64,000 nt of DNA from Candidatus Cloacimonadales bacterium. GTDB taxonomy: Bacteria; Cloacimonadota; Cloacimonadia; Cloacimonadales; JAFGVF01. A program made the position numbers and the translations under genes. Below are positions 56,201 to 64,000 of this stretch, piece after piece. The stretch is from positions 64,001-128,000 of the forward strand of contig CAXXJV010000001.1 of the NCBI GenBank assembly GCA_963663475.2, given 5' to 3'. Numbering within the stretch: position 1 is the stretch's first letter; each line of letters starts with the position of its first letter. The notes under the pieces are model-generated. The model saw only the letters and a program-made list of their open reading frames with translations, did no database searches and was not told the DNA's origin.

Positions 56201-57497
56201 GTATTTAAAACTTATCAATATTGAAAAAAGTGCTAAATACTTTGATGTAATCATGGATATAGCAAAACAGTCCTATAGCTCTGCTAAAAAGATTGATTAC
56301 AAACAGCCATCTATAGCCCCAATCTATAATCATATTGTTGCCTTCCCTTTATCTTTGAGAAATAAATCTCAAGGTGTAATTATTCTCATGACCAAACATG
56401 GTACTCACTACTTCCCTGAAAAATCAATTAATATGATTTCTGCTCTCTGTAATCAAATAATCGTTCTTATTGAAAATATTAGAACTTCTGATCTAGAAAA
56501 AACTCATGCCCAAATAAGAGGTGAGTTAATCGAATCTAATCCTTTTAATATTATTGGTAAGAGTAAAAAAATGATGGAAATCTTTGATTTGATCAACAGA
56601 ATTAAAGATACCCCAACTACTGTTTTAGTTGAAGGACCTAGTGGTACAGGTAAGGAGTTAATTGCCAGGGCTATTCACTATTCTTCCATAAGAAGGAATA
56701 AGCAATTTATTGCTCAATACTGTGGAGCACTACCAGAGACTCTGCTTGAATCAGAACTCTTTGGGCATGTTAAAGGATCATTTACTGGTGCAGCCTATGA
56801 TAAAAAAGGTCTCTTAGAACTAGCAGATGGAGGAACTTTCTTCTTAGATGAAATCGCTGATATATCATTATCTACTCAAGCAAAACTTCTTAGATTCTTA
56901 CAGGAAGGAGAAGTTAAAAGAGTCGGTTCCACTAAAACTGAAAAAGTTAATGTCAGAGTTGTTTGTGCTACCAATGTTTCCCTGATTGATAAAGTGAAAA
57001 CTGGTGAATTTAGACTTGACCTCTATTACAGACTTAATGTTATTAGAATCCAAGTACCAGCCCTAACCGAGAGAAGAGATGATATACCTTTACTAGCAGT
57101 ACACTTCTTAGATAAGTATAATAAACATATCAATAAAAAAGTTTCTGGTATTACAGATGAAGCAATGACTATACTTAAAAACTATGAATGGCCTGGAAAT
57201 GTTAGACAGTTAGAAAATGAAATTGAGAGAGCTGTTACATTAGCAGATAACAATGCCTTTATTAAAGCGGAAGATGTCTCTCCAGAACTTATTCATTTTA
57301 CCGCTAATAAAACTACTATAAACCTGCTCTCTAAACCACAGTCTCTCAAAGATGCTGTCGAAGAGCTTGAAATACAAATGATAACCCAAGCTTTAGAAGA
57401 AACAGACTGGAATCAGACCCAGGCAGCTAAAGCTATTGGCCTCAGTAGACAAGGATTAATTAAAAAGATTAAAAGATATAATTTAGATCGCGAATAA
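53235..57497 (+). CDS. Sigma54-dependent enhancer-binding protein with N-terminal P-loop NTPase, TPR array, GAF, AAA+ and Fis-type HTH
   Basis: GNSGTGKS and IILIDD; multiple YNNLG TPRs; GPSGTGKE, ESELFGHVKGSFTGA, FLDEI, FRLDLYYRL, WPGNVRQL; WNQTQAAKAIGLSR. Confidence 0.92.
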   Translation: MEIGTNQAMEKYIVEKISKLSELINKLEDKGSSLIEVTGNSGTGKSLLFKNLIKRLESKDSFYQILTPRIFGQNHFKDFVQLMTGINDKDFKMIHDLSKEYKTGQKYDFFFFFSEQLKLRDFARPCIILIDDCNLVDSYTKDFIQYIINYWKDIPLKVVAFTPENTFTFSDKFILDFLTQEDIVKILTVSFPNIKSDFQNEAEIIKNISKGNLYIVNYIVSSLAKSKGKLDLSNFIDKNLDSFKIHTAIIDSLTEVQQDILFYIFLLDNHAEYKILKKIFSSKLDKNLDSLIKSFLVVDHKGTFYIHKVSSYKEYFDSLSLKKYQDKIEEVVDILQQFNLEPYNIVNYFILLNNHNSELFEESLAELDSLYDYKSKIGLLKFLYSKHKKIEKKLEILKQLGLAHIDLNDYEKAVDLFREYLHICSKHSTPEAEIIYYLASALFNSNSSNFALEIIKQYSPENIDLVWKIKILLLKSDILMEGEDFVEASEIIDQVVNSAFQIDDKKVQSNILGDTKKLSGKLYYFKNDYDKAADLFMDAETYYKKADNYIGLAAVYNNIGVLYQFKGEYDNSEEMYKKSMELEKNRYNLKGISVCYNNLGGLMDDKGNRSESIYYLKEALEIQTLLNDPYQITNIYNNLGVTYMDEKNYKNSEDAFRKSLEIAINFNFFRVLIPTYNNLGTLFNAKGDWDKAIEYYQKAIDKCLEYDDFDGLIISYSNLGEIYEKRGEFNIAYDLYFKGLELLPKVNDENIKADLYGNIGSVLTNLHKFKEAYSYLVESLDFFKSVDAKHKIVEGYQKQAMYFVMTHNYESAAYYLNQALAIAEELNLTNELGKSYYLKAILERDDFESAKKYILKSIELFLSNSKQYELAQANYLLATILADEQDWEQALEILNNNRKSIKKFGAIKLLEKNDILIANITKEHKAELEGSRNQVELTNKFYEITKDLGTITNFDTLLEESSNKLVEFSEADSAIVCLYNNQAIKDSWQYLKLINIEKSAKYFDVIMDIAKQSYSSAKKIDYKQPSIAPIYNHIVAFPLSLRNKSQGVIILMTKHGTHYFPEKSINMISALCNQIIVLIENIRTSDLEKTHAQIRGELIESNPFNIIGKSKKMMEIFDLINRIKDTPTTVLVEGPSGTGKELIARAIHYSSIRRNKQFIAQYCGALPETLLESELFGHVKGSFTGAAYDKKGLLELADGGTFFLDEIADISLSTQAKLLRFLQEGEVKRVGSTKTEKVNVRVVCATNVSLIDKVKTGEFRLDLYYRLNVIRIQVPALTERRDDIPLLAVHFLDKYNKHINKKVSGITDEAMTILKNYEWPGNVRQLENEIERAVTLADNNAFIKAEDVSPELIHFTANKTTINLLSKPQSLKDAVEELEIQMITQALEETDWNQTQAAKAIGLSRQGLIKKIKRYNLDRE

Positions 57498-57504
57498 GGA
57501 TGGT

Positions 57505-60381
57505 TTGGTGAATAATGAAATTCTGCAAGCATTCAGTTTTGTTGCAGTAGATATTAAAACTACAGGAATAAAACCTGAAACTAATAATATTATTGAAATT
57601 GGTGCTACTCTTTTCCAAAAAGGTCAAGCAGTAGACCAATTTCATTCTTATGTACAAGCTACATTTAAGGTATCTCCTCTTGCTCTTGCTTCCCTAGATA
57701 TCTCTTTAAATACTCTTAATCACTATGGACAACCCTTAAAAAATGTCCTCAAGGAACTTGATAATTTTGTTGGTGATAATAACCTGCTCTTCTTCAATGA
57801 TATTGACCAATCTGGTTTTCTAACTCACCATATTATTCAGCAAAATATTAGTCCCTTTATTGATTATTACTATGACCTCTATGAGTTAATGAAAATTTAT
57901 TTCCCCTTTTCCCAACACTTCGATTTAGAACAACTAAGCCAAAACCTAAAGTATCAATTACCTGATTCTCAGAATTGCCAAGATAAATCTAAAGTACTTG
58001 GTGAAATGTTCTATCAACTCATCGACTATGTTATTGATAATATTGCCTATCCTAAGAATAGACTCCTCTATCAAATTGCTGCTATAGCTAACCTAGATAG
58101 CGATATCAATTCAATTCTCTTAAAAATTACTGAATATCAACAGAAAACTGCACTGGTTAAAGAAGATAAGTTCACAGCCAAAAATTCTCAAGTGAATTTC
58201 ATAGATTCTCAAGTAAAATCTTCACAATATCCCTCTATTGAAAAAATTTTGGGAAATTCTGGACTCTTCTCTGAGAAATTCCCTAATTATGAGGAAAGAC
58301 AAGGGCAAATAATGATGGCCCAAGCTGTAGATACAGCCTTTCAAAAAGACCAGCTCTTACTAGTTGAAGCAGGAACAGGAGTTGGAAAATCTTTTGCCTA
58401 TCTGATACCTGCTATCCAGTATTCTACAAAAAGTAAAAGTAAAGTGATTATTTCTACTAATACTAAGAATTTACAAGAACAACTATTTTATAAAGACCTC
58501 CCTACTCTAGCTGAAATTCTCCCTATTAATTTTAAAGCATTAATAGTCAAAGGACGTGAAAACTATATTTGTTTAAAAAGATGGCTAGAGACAAGCTTAA
58601 ATATCAATTCCTTAACTAATTATGAAGCTCAAGGACTGCTTTACCTAGTTGTTTGGCAAAGTCAAACTACTACTGGCGATATATCAGAAAATAATGCTTT
58701 TGACAAGACTAAATTCCCCGCTTCTTGGCGTCTAATCGTTTCCGAAAGATACTTCTGTGGAGGTATCAATCGTTGCTCTCATGGCTCTTCTTGCCACGTT
58801 ATGTTTATTAAGAAAAAGCTAGAAGAAGCTGGTTTAGTAGTTGTAAATCATTCTTTGTTACTTTCTGACTTGATGAACGATAAAAAAACTTTAGGAGAAT
58901 ACTCTAGAGTTATCATAGATGAGGCCCATAATCTTCCTTCCGTAGCAAGTAAACATCTTGGCTTCAGTTTAACCTACTTTGATATCAATCAATTATTAAA
59001 TCATATCATCTTTGTTAAACAAAAAAAGAAAGTAGGACTTCTAGCTAATTTCCTAAATATTATTGAAAATACCCTTCAGGATAGTCAAGCCTCAAAATCC
59101 CATTTTATCTCCCAAACTAACTCAATAATAGATTTTATCACTGAACATAAAAAGAACTATTCCGATGTTTTCAATAAACTTTCCCATATTGTGGAAGAAA
59201 GAGGTTCTTATGGAAAATATAGACTGAAAGATGTCTCTGTTATTCCTGATTTTGAGTCTGACTTTACTGAGTTTAAAAATACTTGGAATCAACTAAGTCA
59301 AAAGTTCTTCCGCTTAACTGAACTGCTACGAATGACCTCTAAAGATTTAATTCACCAATATGATAAATACCTAACTGACTTTGAAGGAATCTATCAACAG
59401 CTAAGCGAAATTGAAGAATCTCTTAACATTCTTTCCAAACCTGAATGGAATGATAATGTGATTTGGTTAGAACAACTAGCTTCTAGAAATAGTGATTTCC
59501 CTCTTGTAATTATCAACTACGCCCCTATCGAAGTTAACGAGAAATTACATGGTTATCTCTATAATGCTGTAGATACTTTAGTTATGACTTCCGCTACTTT
59601 AGCTATCAGAGGTGTTTTTAAGTTCTTTCTGAACCAATCAGGATTAGCCTTGTTACAAGATAAAGCTATTGAGCAAATAATTGTACCATCTCCCTTTGAT
59701 TATAATAAGCAATCTAAACTCTTCGTAACTAATTTCCTTCCCTTCCCTAAGGATTCTTTCTATGTAGATCAAGCCTTAAAAATTCTCAACACCCTAATTT
59801 CAAATACTAAGCAAGGAAGCATGGTCCTCTTCACTTCCTATAAAGACCTTAATTATGCCTATAGAGAACTACAAGAACCCCTCTTTGAACAAGGAATAAA
59901 ACTCCTTGCCCAAGGTATCTCAGGTAGTAGAAATTCAATTTTAAATGAGTTTAAAAGAAATAAAAATTCTGTCCTTCTAGGAACATCTTCCTTCTGGGAA
60001 GGCGTTGATGTTCAAGGAGATTCCCTCTCTCAGTTAATTGTTTTTAAACTACCCTTCCAAGTTCCCTCAGAACCATCTGTGGAAGCTTATATTGAAAAAC
60101 TTGAAGCCCAAAAGAAAAACTCCTTTATGCACTTTATGCTACCTAACGCTCTGCTTAAGGTTAGACAAGGATTTGGTAGATTAATCAGAAGTAAACTCGA
60201 TAAAGGGGTCGTTATTATCCTTGATAAAAGAGTAATTACTACCAGATATGGTGACTACTTCCGCCAAATATTACCTTGCAAACTTCAAGTTATCAACACA
60301 GACCTAGAACTTGTTGACGTAACTAACAAATTTTTTAATAATTTACAGGATAAGGAACATGTACAAATCCCTGATTTCTAA
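57505..60381 (+). CDS. dinG: DinG-family helicase with an N-terminal DnaQ-like exonuclease domain (degenerate)
   Basis: EAGTGVGKS, KGRENYIC, four Fe-S Cys, IIDEAH, TSATL, FWEGVD, QGFGRLIR. Confidence 0.9.
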   Translation: MVNNEILQAFSFVAVDIKTTGIKPETNNIIEIGATLFQKGQAVDQFHSYVQATFKVSPLALASLDISLNTLNHYGQPLKNVLKELDNFVGDNNLLFFNDIDQSGFLTHHIIQQNISPFIDYYYDLYELMKIYFPFSQHFDLEQLSQNLKYQLPDSQNCQDKSKVLGEMFYQLIDYVIDNIAYPKNRLLYQIAAIANLDSDINSILLKITEYQQKTALVKEDKFTAKNSQVNFIDSQVKSSQYPSIEKILGNSGLFSEKFPNYEERQGQIMMAQAVDTAFQKDQLLLVEAGTGVGKSFAYLIPAIQYSTKSKSKVIISTNTKNLQEQLFYKDLPTLAEILPINFKALIVKGRENYICLKRWLETSLNINSLTNYEAQGLLYLVVWQSQTTTGDISENNAFDKTKFPASWRLIVSERYFCGGINRCSHGSSCHVMFIKKKLEEAGLVVVNHSLLLSDLMNDKKTLGEYSRVIIDEAHNLPSVASKHLGFSLTYFDINQLLNHIIFVKQKKKVGLLANFLNIIENTLQDSQASKSHFISQTNSIIDFITEHKKNYSDVFNKLSHIVEERGSYGKYRLKDVSVIPDFESDFTEFKNTWNQLSQKFFRLTELLRMTSKDLIHQYDKYLTDFEGIYQQLSEIEESLNILSKPEWNDNVIWLEQLASRNSDFPLVIINYAPIEVNEKLHGYLYNAVDTLVMTSATLAIRGVFKFFLNQSGLALLQDKAIEQIIVPSPFDYNKQSKLFVTNFLPFPKDSFYVDQALKILNTLISNTKQGSMVLFTSYKDLNYAYRELQEPLFEQGIKLLAQGISGSRNSILNEFKRNKNSVLLGTSSFWEGVDVQGDSLSQLIVFKLPFQVPSEPSVEAYIEKLEAQKKNSFMHFMLPNALLKVRQGFGRLIRSKLDKGVVIILDKRVITTRYGDYFRQILPCKLQVINTDLELVDVTNKFFNNLQDKEHVQIPDF

Positions 60382-61252
60382 ATACTCTCCCAAGTATCTT
60401 ATTCAAAATGAAAAACTTGCTAAACATACTTCCTTTAAAATTGGTGGTCCTGCAGATATTTTTTTAATGCCAGACACAAAAAGTCTTCTTCAAGAAATGA
60501 TTAGCCAGGTAACTGATTTAAACCTAAAATATATGCTTATCGGTGGAGGAAATAATCTTCTCTTCTCTGATTCAGGATTCAGAGGTGTTATTATTTCTAC
60601 TGAAAAACTTAATAAAATTCATATTGAAAATAATATTATCACTGCCCAATGTGGAGTTTCCTTAAAAGACCTAACTGAATTTTCTCTTAAACACTCCTTA
60701 TCTGGCTTAGAGTTTGCTTGTGGCATTCCAGGTAGTGTCGGAGGAGCTGTCTTTATGAACGCTGGTGCTTACGGAGGAGAAATGAAAGATGTCATTATCT
60801 CTGTAGATTTTCTTGACCATGATAATATATTAAGAAAGCACGGATTAAGAGGTCATAATTTTGACTATCGTACTAGCATCTACCAACAAAGAAACTATCT
60901 AGTCTTAGAAGCTAAATTTAAACTTACCCCAAAAAATAGGAAGGACATTGAAGCAACTATGGATGATTTACAGGCTAGAAGAAAAGCAAAACAACCACTG
61001 GAATATCCAAGTGCTGGATCTGTCTTTCGCAGACCAGATGGTTACTTCGTTGGCAAACTCATCGATGATTGTGGTTTAAGAGGTTACTCTATTGGTGGAG
61101 CTCAAATCTCCGAAAAACACTCTGGTTTCATTATTAATAAAGATCATGCAACAGCTCAAGATGTTAAAGACTTAATAATGCATATCCAAGAAGTTGTTAA
61201 GTGCAAATTTGGGGTTGAACTTCATACCGAGGTGAGAATTATTGAGAATTAA
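60359..61252 (+). CDS. murB: UDP-N-acetylenolpyruvoylglucosamine reductase
   Basis: HTSFKIGGPA, GLEFACGIPGSVGGAVFMNAGAYG, PSAGSVF, SEKH. Confidence 0.97.
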   Translation: MYKSLISKYSPKYLIQNEKLAKHTSFKIGGPADIFLMPDTKSLLQEMISQVTDLNLKYMLIGGGNNLLFSDSGFRGVIISTEKLNKIHIENNIITAQCGVSLKDLTEFSLKHSLSGLEFACGIPGSVGGAVFMNAGAYGGEMKDVIISVDFLDHDNILRKHGLRGHNFDYRTSIYQQRNYLVLEAKFKLTPKNRKDIEATMDDLQARRKAKQPLEYPSAGSVFRRPDGYFVGKLIDDCGLRGYSIGGAQISEKHSGFIINKDHATAQDVKDLIMHIQEVVKCKFGVELHTEVRIIEN

Positions 61253-61279
61253 GGATTAGATATCCAGTAGAGTAAGACT

Positions 61280-61566
61280 CCCACACGAATTAGCACGAAT
61301 TAAGAGAAGATCCTTAACACAGAGTTTCACAGAGGTTAAGAGGAGTCCCACAGAGGTTAAGGGAAAAAAAATGAAGACCTCTTAATTCCCCTCTACGGAG
61401 GGGTGCCGAAGGTGGGGTGGTCCCTTTTCTTAAAGTCCTCTTTTGGGGATTTAGGGGCTTGTGTCCTGATATTCTCAGGACGGGGTGATTCACAATGCTC
61501 CAGAGGAGCTAACTCTTTGTAGTACATGAGAATGCCAAAAAACCGTTCGACGCGTTAGCGAAGAAC
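61280..61566. repeat. Patchwork of short direct repeats and GC-rich hairpins (REP-like)
   Basis: CACGAATTA x2, CACAGAG x3, CCCCTC-TACG-GAGGGG, GTCCTGA-tattc-TCAGGAC, GCTCC-aga-GGAGC. Confidence 0.6.
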
Positions 61567-61596
61567 TGATAAAACTAATACAAAAAAGGATGGAAA

Positions 61597-63822
61597 ATGG
61601 ATAGAGAACAACAATTAACAAATTATATTATCTCATTTGCCAGATTATATGGTTATGTTAGATATTTTCACCCTAGCAATGAAGCAAGTAGGATAGAATG
61701 GGAAAAGTTTGCTTCGTATGCTATCAAGAGTATTTTAAAGGTTAAAAATGATAATGAATATATCGATTATATTCAAGCACTATTCTCAAAAATTACAGTA
61801 GGGTTTAACTATTCAAAAAATGAAATTAATCTAGCACAACTTTCAAGTGATTTAACTCCAACTAATTTCTCAGAATATAAAACATCTCATTGGGTTCACT
61901 TTGGATTAAATGAAGCTTTTGGTGTCTATTTCAATAAAAGAACAAACAATTGTTATGAAATTAGAAAATTAGCTAATTTTAGATATTCCAGAGGGATAAT
62001 TACATTTAAGGACCTAAACATTTCTCCTTCAGCTGAAAATATAATCCTTAGGATCAAAATGAGGGGTATTCCGAAAAGTGATAAAACCATAGGGATTAAT
62101 CTTTTACATGGAAAGAATCAGCATTATATAGACGACTCTGAGGTAAATTCTGAAGAGACATTCCGAGAGATTGAGTTAACTACCAAGTTAGATAACCTGG
62201 CAGAGTATAATCTGAATTTATTTCTATTCGACCATGAATATATTGAAATTGCTTCAATAACAATATGGGAAAGTTATATCAATAACAGGAATATACTGCA
62301 ATCGTGGGATATGCCTCCTAGAATTGACCAATTGACCTATTTTGAATATAATGATAGTAGAATTCCCAATACTAAGTTTAGCATAGAAAACTACAAGACC
62401 CTTAATGTCCTTAGAATTGAGGAAGATAGGTCAGATTTAAATTATACTAAAGGATATGTTAAAGATATAAAAGATGTAGATCTTGAGTATCCTAAATATA
62501 TTATTTATAAAGATTTCAATGGTTATAATGTTGTAATTCCACGTGTCCTCTATGTTAGAAATTGCCAAACTACCCCAATTTTAGACATTGATAAAGTAAA
62601 TGAACTTAACAAAGAGATAAAAAAGATTAATATTGATGATGATACTGAGCTATATAACAGACTAGCTACAGTCGTAATGTTCTGGAATAACCTGGAGCAT
62701 TTTTATCCATATTGGGATTATATAGAAGAAGATATTGATGATGCTTTAATTTCTAATGATGGACAAAGTGAATATAGAAGAAAACTACTAGAAAATAGTA
62801 TTGGAGAAACTCTCAGATCAAGAAACTTAGTCGACTTAAACGAAGTTATTAATAGAATTTGCTCTGTAATCAAGGACGGTCATTCAGGTATAATGAACAA
62901 AGAAATCAATTTGAAAACTCTTCCCTTTTACATTATCCTAATAGAAGATAAATGGATAGTTAAGACTTCTAAAACTAAAGAAGTACCAATTGGATCTGAA
63001 CTAATTAAGATAGAGGGAAAAGATGCAGCTAAACAATTAGGTGAAGTAGCTCATCTATATATTAAAGCAAGTCCCCAACACACAAATGCTATGTTGTTTA
63101 GTAATTACATACGTTCCCTTAAACAAGATAAAACCAACTTGCAGTTCAGATATAATAACGAAATTATTGATTTTATATTTGACAGAAATAATGATTATTC
63201 AGAACCAAGCACTAGTGAAAGTGTAAAAGAGTATGATAATGGAACAATTTATCTAGATATTAATCATGGCAAACTCAATGATGCAGATATAGAAGAATTA
63301 CTCCCCAAACTTCTAAATGCCAAGAATATAATCCTTGATGTAAGATCATACCCAGGAATAGGGTTATCACTGCTACAACATATGCAAACGAAACCGTGCC
63401 CTTGGAGTAATAAAGATATACCACTAGTTCTTAATCCACACAGGAATAATGATTATTCTATACCATACTTTCAAAATCATCTAAAAAAGCCAAAAGAGCC
63501 ACATATCAATGCCAATATTATTGCTCTTTCTAGCAGGCATTCTATAAGCTATTGTGAATCATTCATATCATATCTTAAATACAATAATCTGGCTACAATT
63601 GTTGGGGAACAAACGGCTGGAACAACTGGTGATGTTGTGCCTGGTATATATCCGTGTAAGTCTAGAATCCACTTTACTGGTTTGAGAGTAGTTAACCCTG
63701 ATGGATCTAGATTTCATGGAGTGGGAATAATACCTGACTTAGAAGTTAAACTAACTGTTCAAGGAATATTAGATGGAAGAGATGAAGTTTTGGAGGCAGC
63801 TATTAAGCTCTGTAAAAGTTAG
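61597..63822 (+). CDS. Peptidase family S41 protein
   Basis: RLYGYVRYFHPS, WNNLEHFYPY, KDGH, IILDVRSYP, ISYCE catalytic Ser motif, VGEQTAGTTG, GVGIIPD. Confidence 0.85.
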   Translation: MDREQQLTNYIISFARLYGYVRYFHPSNEASRIEWEKFASYAIKSILKVKNDNEYIDYIQALFSKITVGFNYSKNEINLAQLSSDLTPTNFSEYKTSHWVHFGLNEAFGVYFNKRTNNCYEIRKLANFRYSRGIITFKDLNISPSAENIILRIKMRGIPKSDKTIGINLLHGKNQHYIDDSEVNSEETFREIELTTKLDNLAEYNLNLFLFDHEYIEIASITIWESYINNRNILQSWDMPPRIDQLTYFEYNDSRIPNTKFSIENYKTLNVLRIEEDRSDLNYTKGYVKDIKDVDLEYPKYIIYKDFNGYNVVIPRVLYVRNCQTTPILDIDKVNELNKEIKKINIDDDTELYNRLATVVMFWNNLEHFYPYWDYIEEDIDDALISNDGQSEYRRKLLENSIGETLRSRNLVDLNEVINRICSVIKDGHSGIMNKEINLKTLPFYIILIEDKWIVKTSKTKEVPIGSELIKIEGKDAAKQLGEVAHLYIKASPQHTNAMLFSNYIRSLKQDKTNLQFRYNNEIIDFIFDRNNDYSEPSTSESVKEYDNGTIYLDINHGKLNDADIEELLPKLLNAKNIILDVRSYPGIGLSLLQHMQTKPCPWSNKDIPLVLNPHRNNDYSIPYFQNHLKKPKEPHINANIIALSSRHSISYCESFISYLKYNNLATIVGEQTAGTTGDVVPGIYPCKSRIHFTGLRVVNPDGSRFHGVGIIPDLEVKLTVQGILDGRDEVLEAAIKLCKS

Positions 63823-64000
63823 ATTATTTTTAGTTAAATTTCTTATTTGTCATGGATTAAATTAATGAGAGTAATATAAGAAGTGTGTAAGAATTCATTG
63901 ATTTATGTAAAATAATAATGATACGAAACAGGGGACTTATGACTATAGAGATAATGTAACAAGCTTGAACTGGACTGACGAGAATATCTTTCAAACAGCC

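Noticed and set aside
63900-64000. Start of a further gene at the window end
   Set aside because: The ATG-initiated frame closes within a few codons, and the longer open frame lacks a supported start

Overview
AT-rich bacterial chromosomal segment from an anaerobe of the FCB group, most plausibly Cloacimonadota-like. This is inferred from PFOR and several secreted proteins with T9SS/FlgD-type C-terminal domains, combined with canonical GGAG ribosome-binding sites and TTGACA-type promoters, unlike Bacteroidota. Housekeeping blocks: ftsH 3' end-hslV-hslU; pyrR-pyrF-dCMP deaminase-TolC-adaptor-acyl-CoA dehydrogenase; folC; nifJ; cls; dinG-murB. The standout locus is a ~20.7 kb minus-strand operon: an unlisted 54-56 aa ORF, a 5691-aa acidic Ig-repeat surface protein with a C-terminal sorting-type domain, a PorV-like beta-barrel, and a PorE-like TPR/PD40/OmpA protein with an acidic repeat linker and a TonB-C-like tail. 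It is divergent from a 1420-aa NTPase-TPR-GAF-sigma54 activator. Intergenic DNA carries a TA-flanked palindromic MITE-like family (8 copies or fragments, one nested with a TA duplication), two inverted 52-53 bp REP-like arrays, a perfect 26-bp hairpin and other small hairpins. Also present: a degenerate hybrid histidine kinase, a DinG with a degenerate exonuclease domain, an unlisted basic Cys4 zinc-ribbon ORF and a 975-aa orphan. No rRNA, tRNA, CRISPR array, integrase or transposase was recognised.
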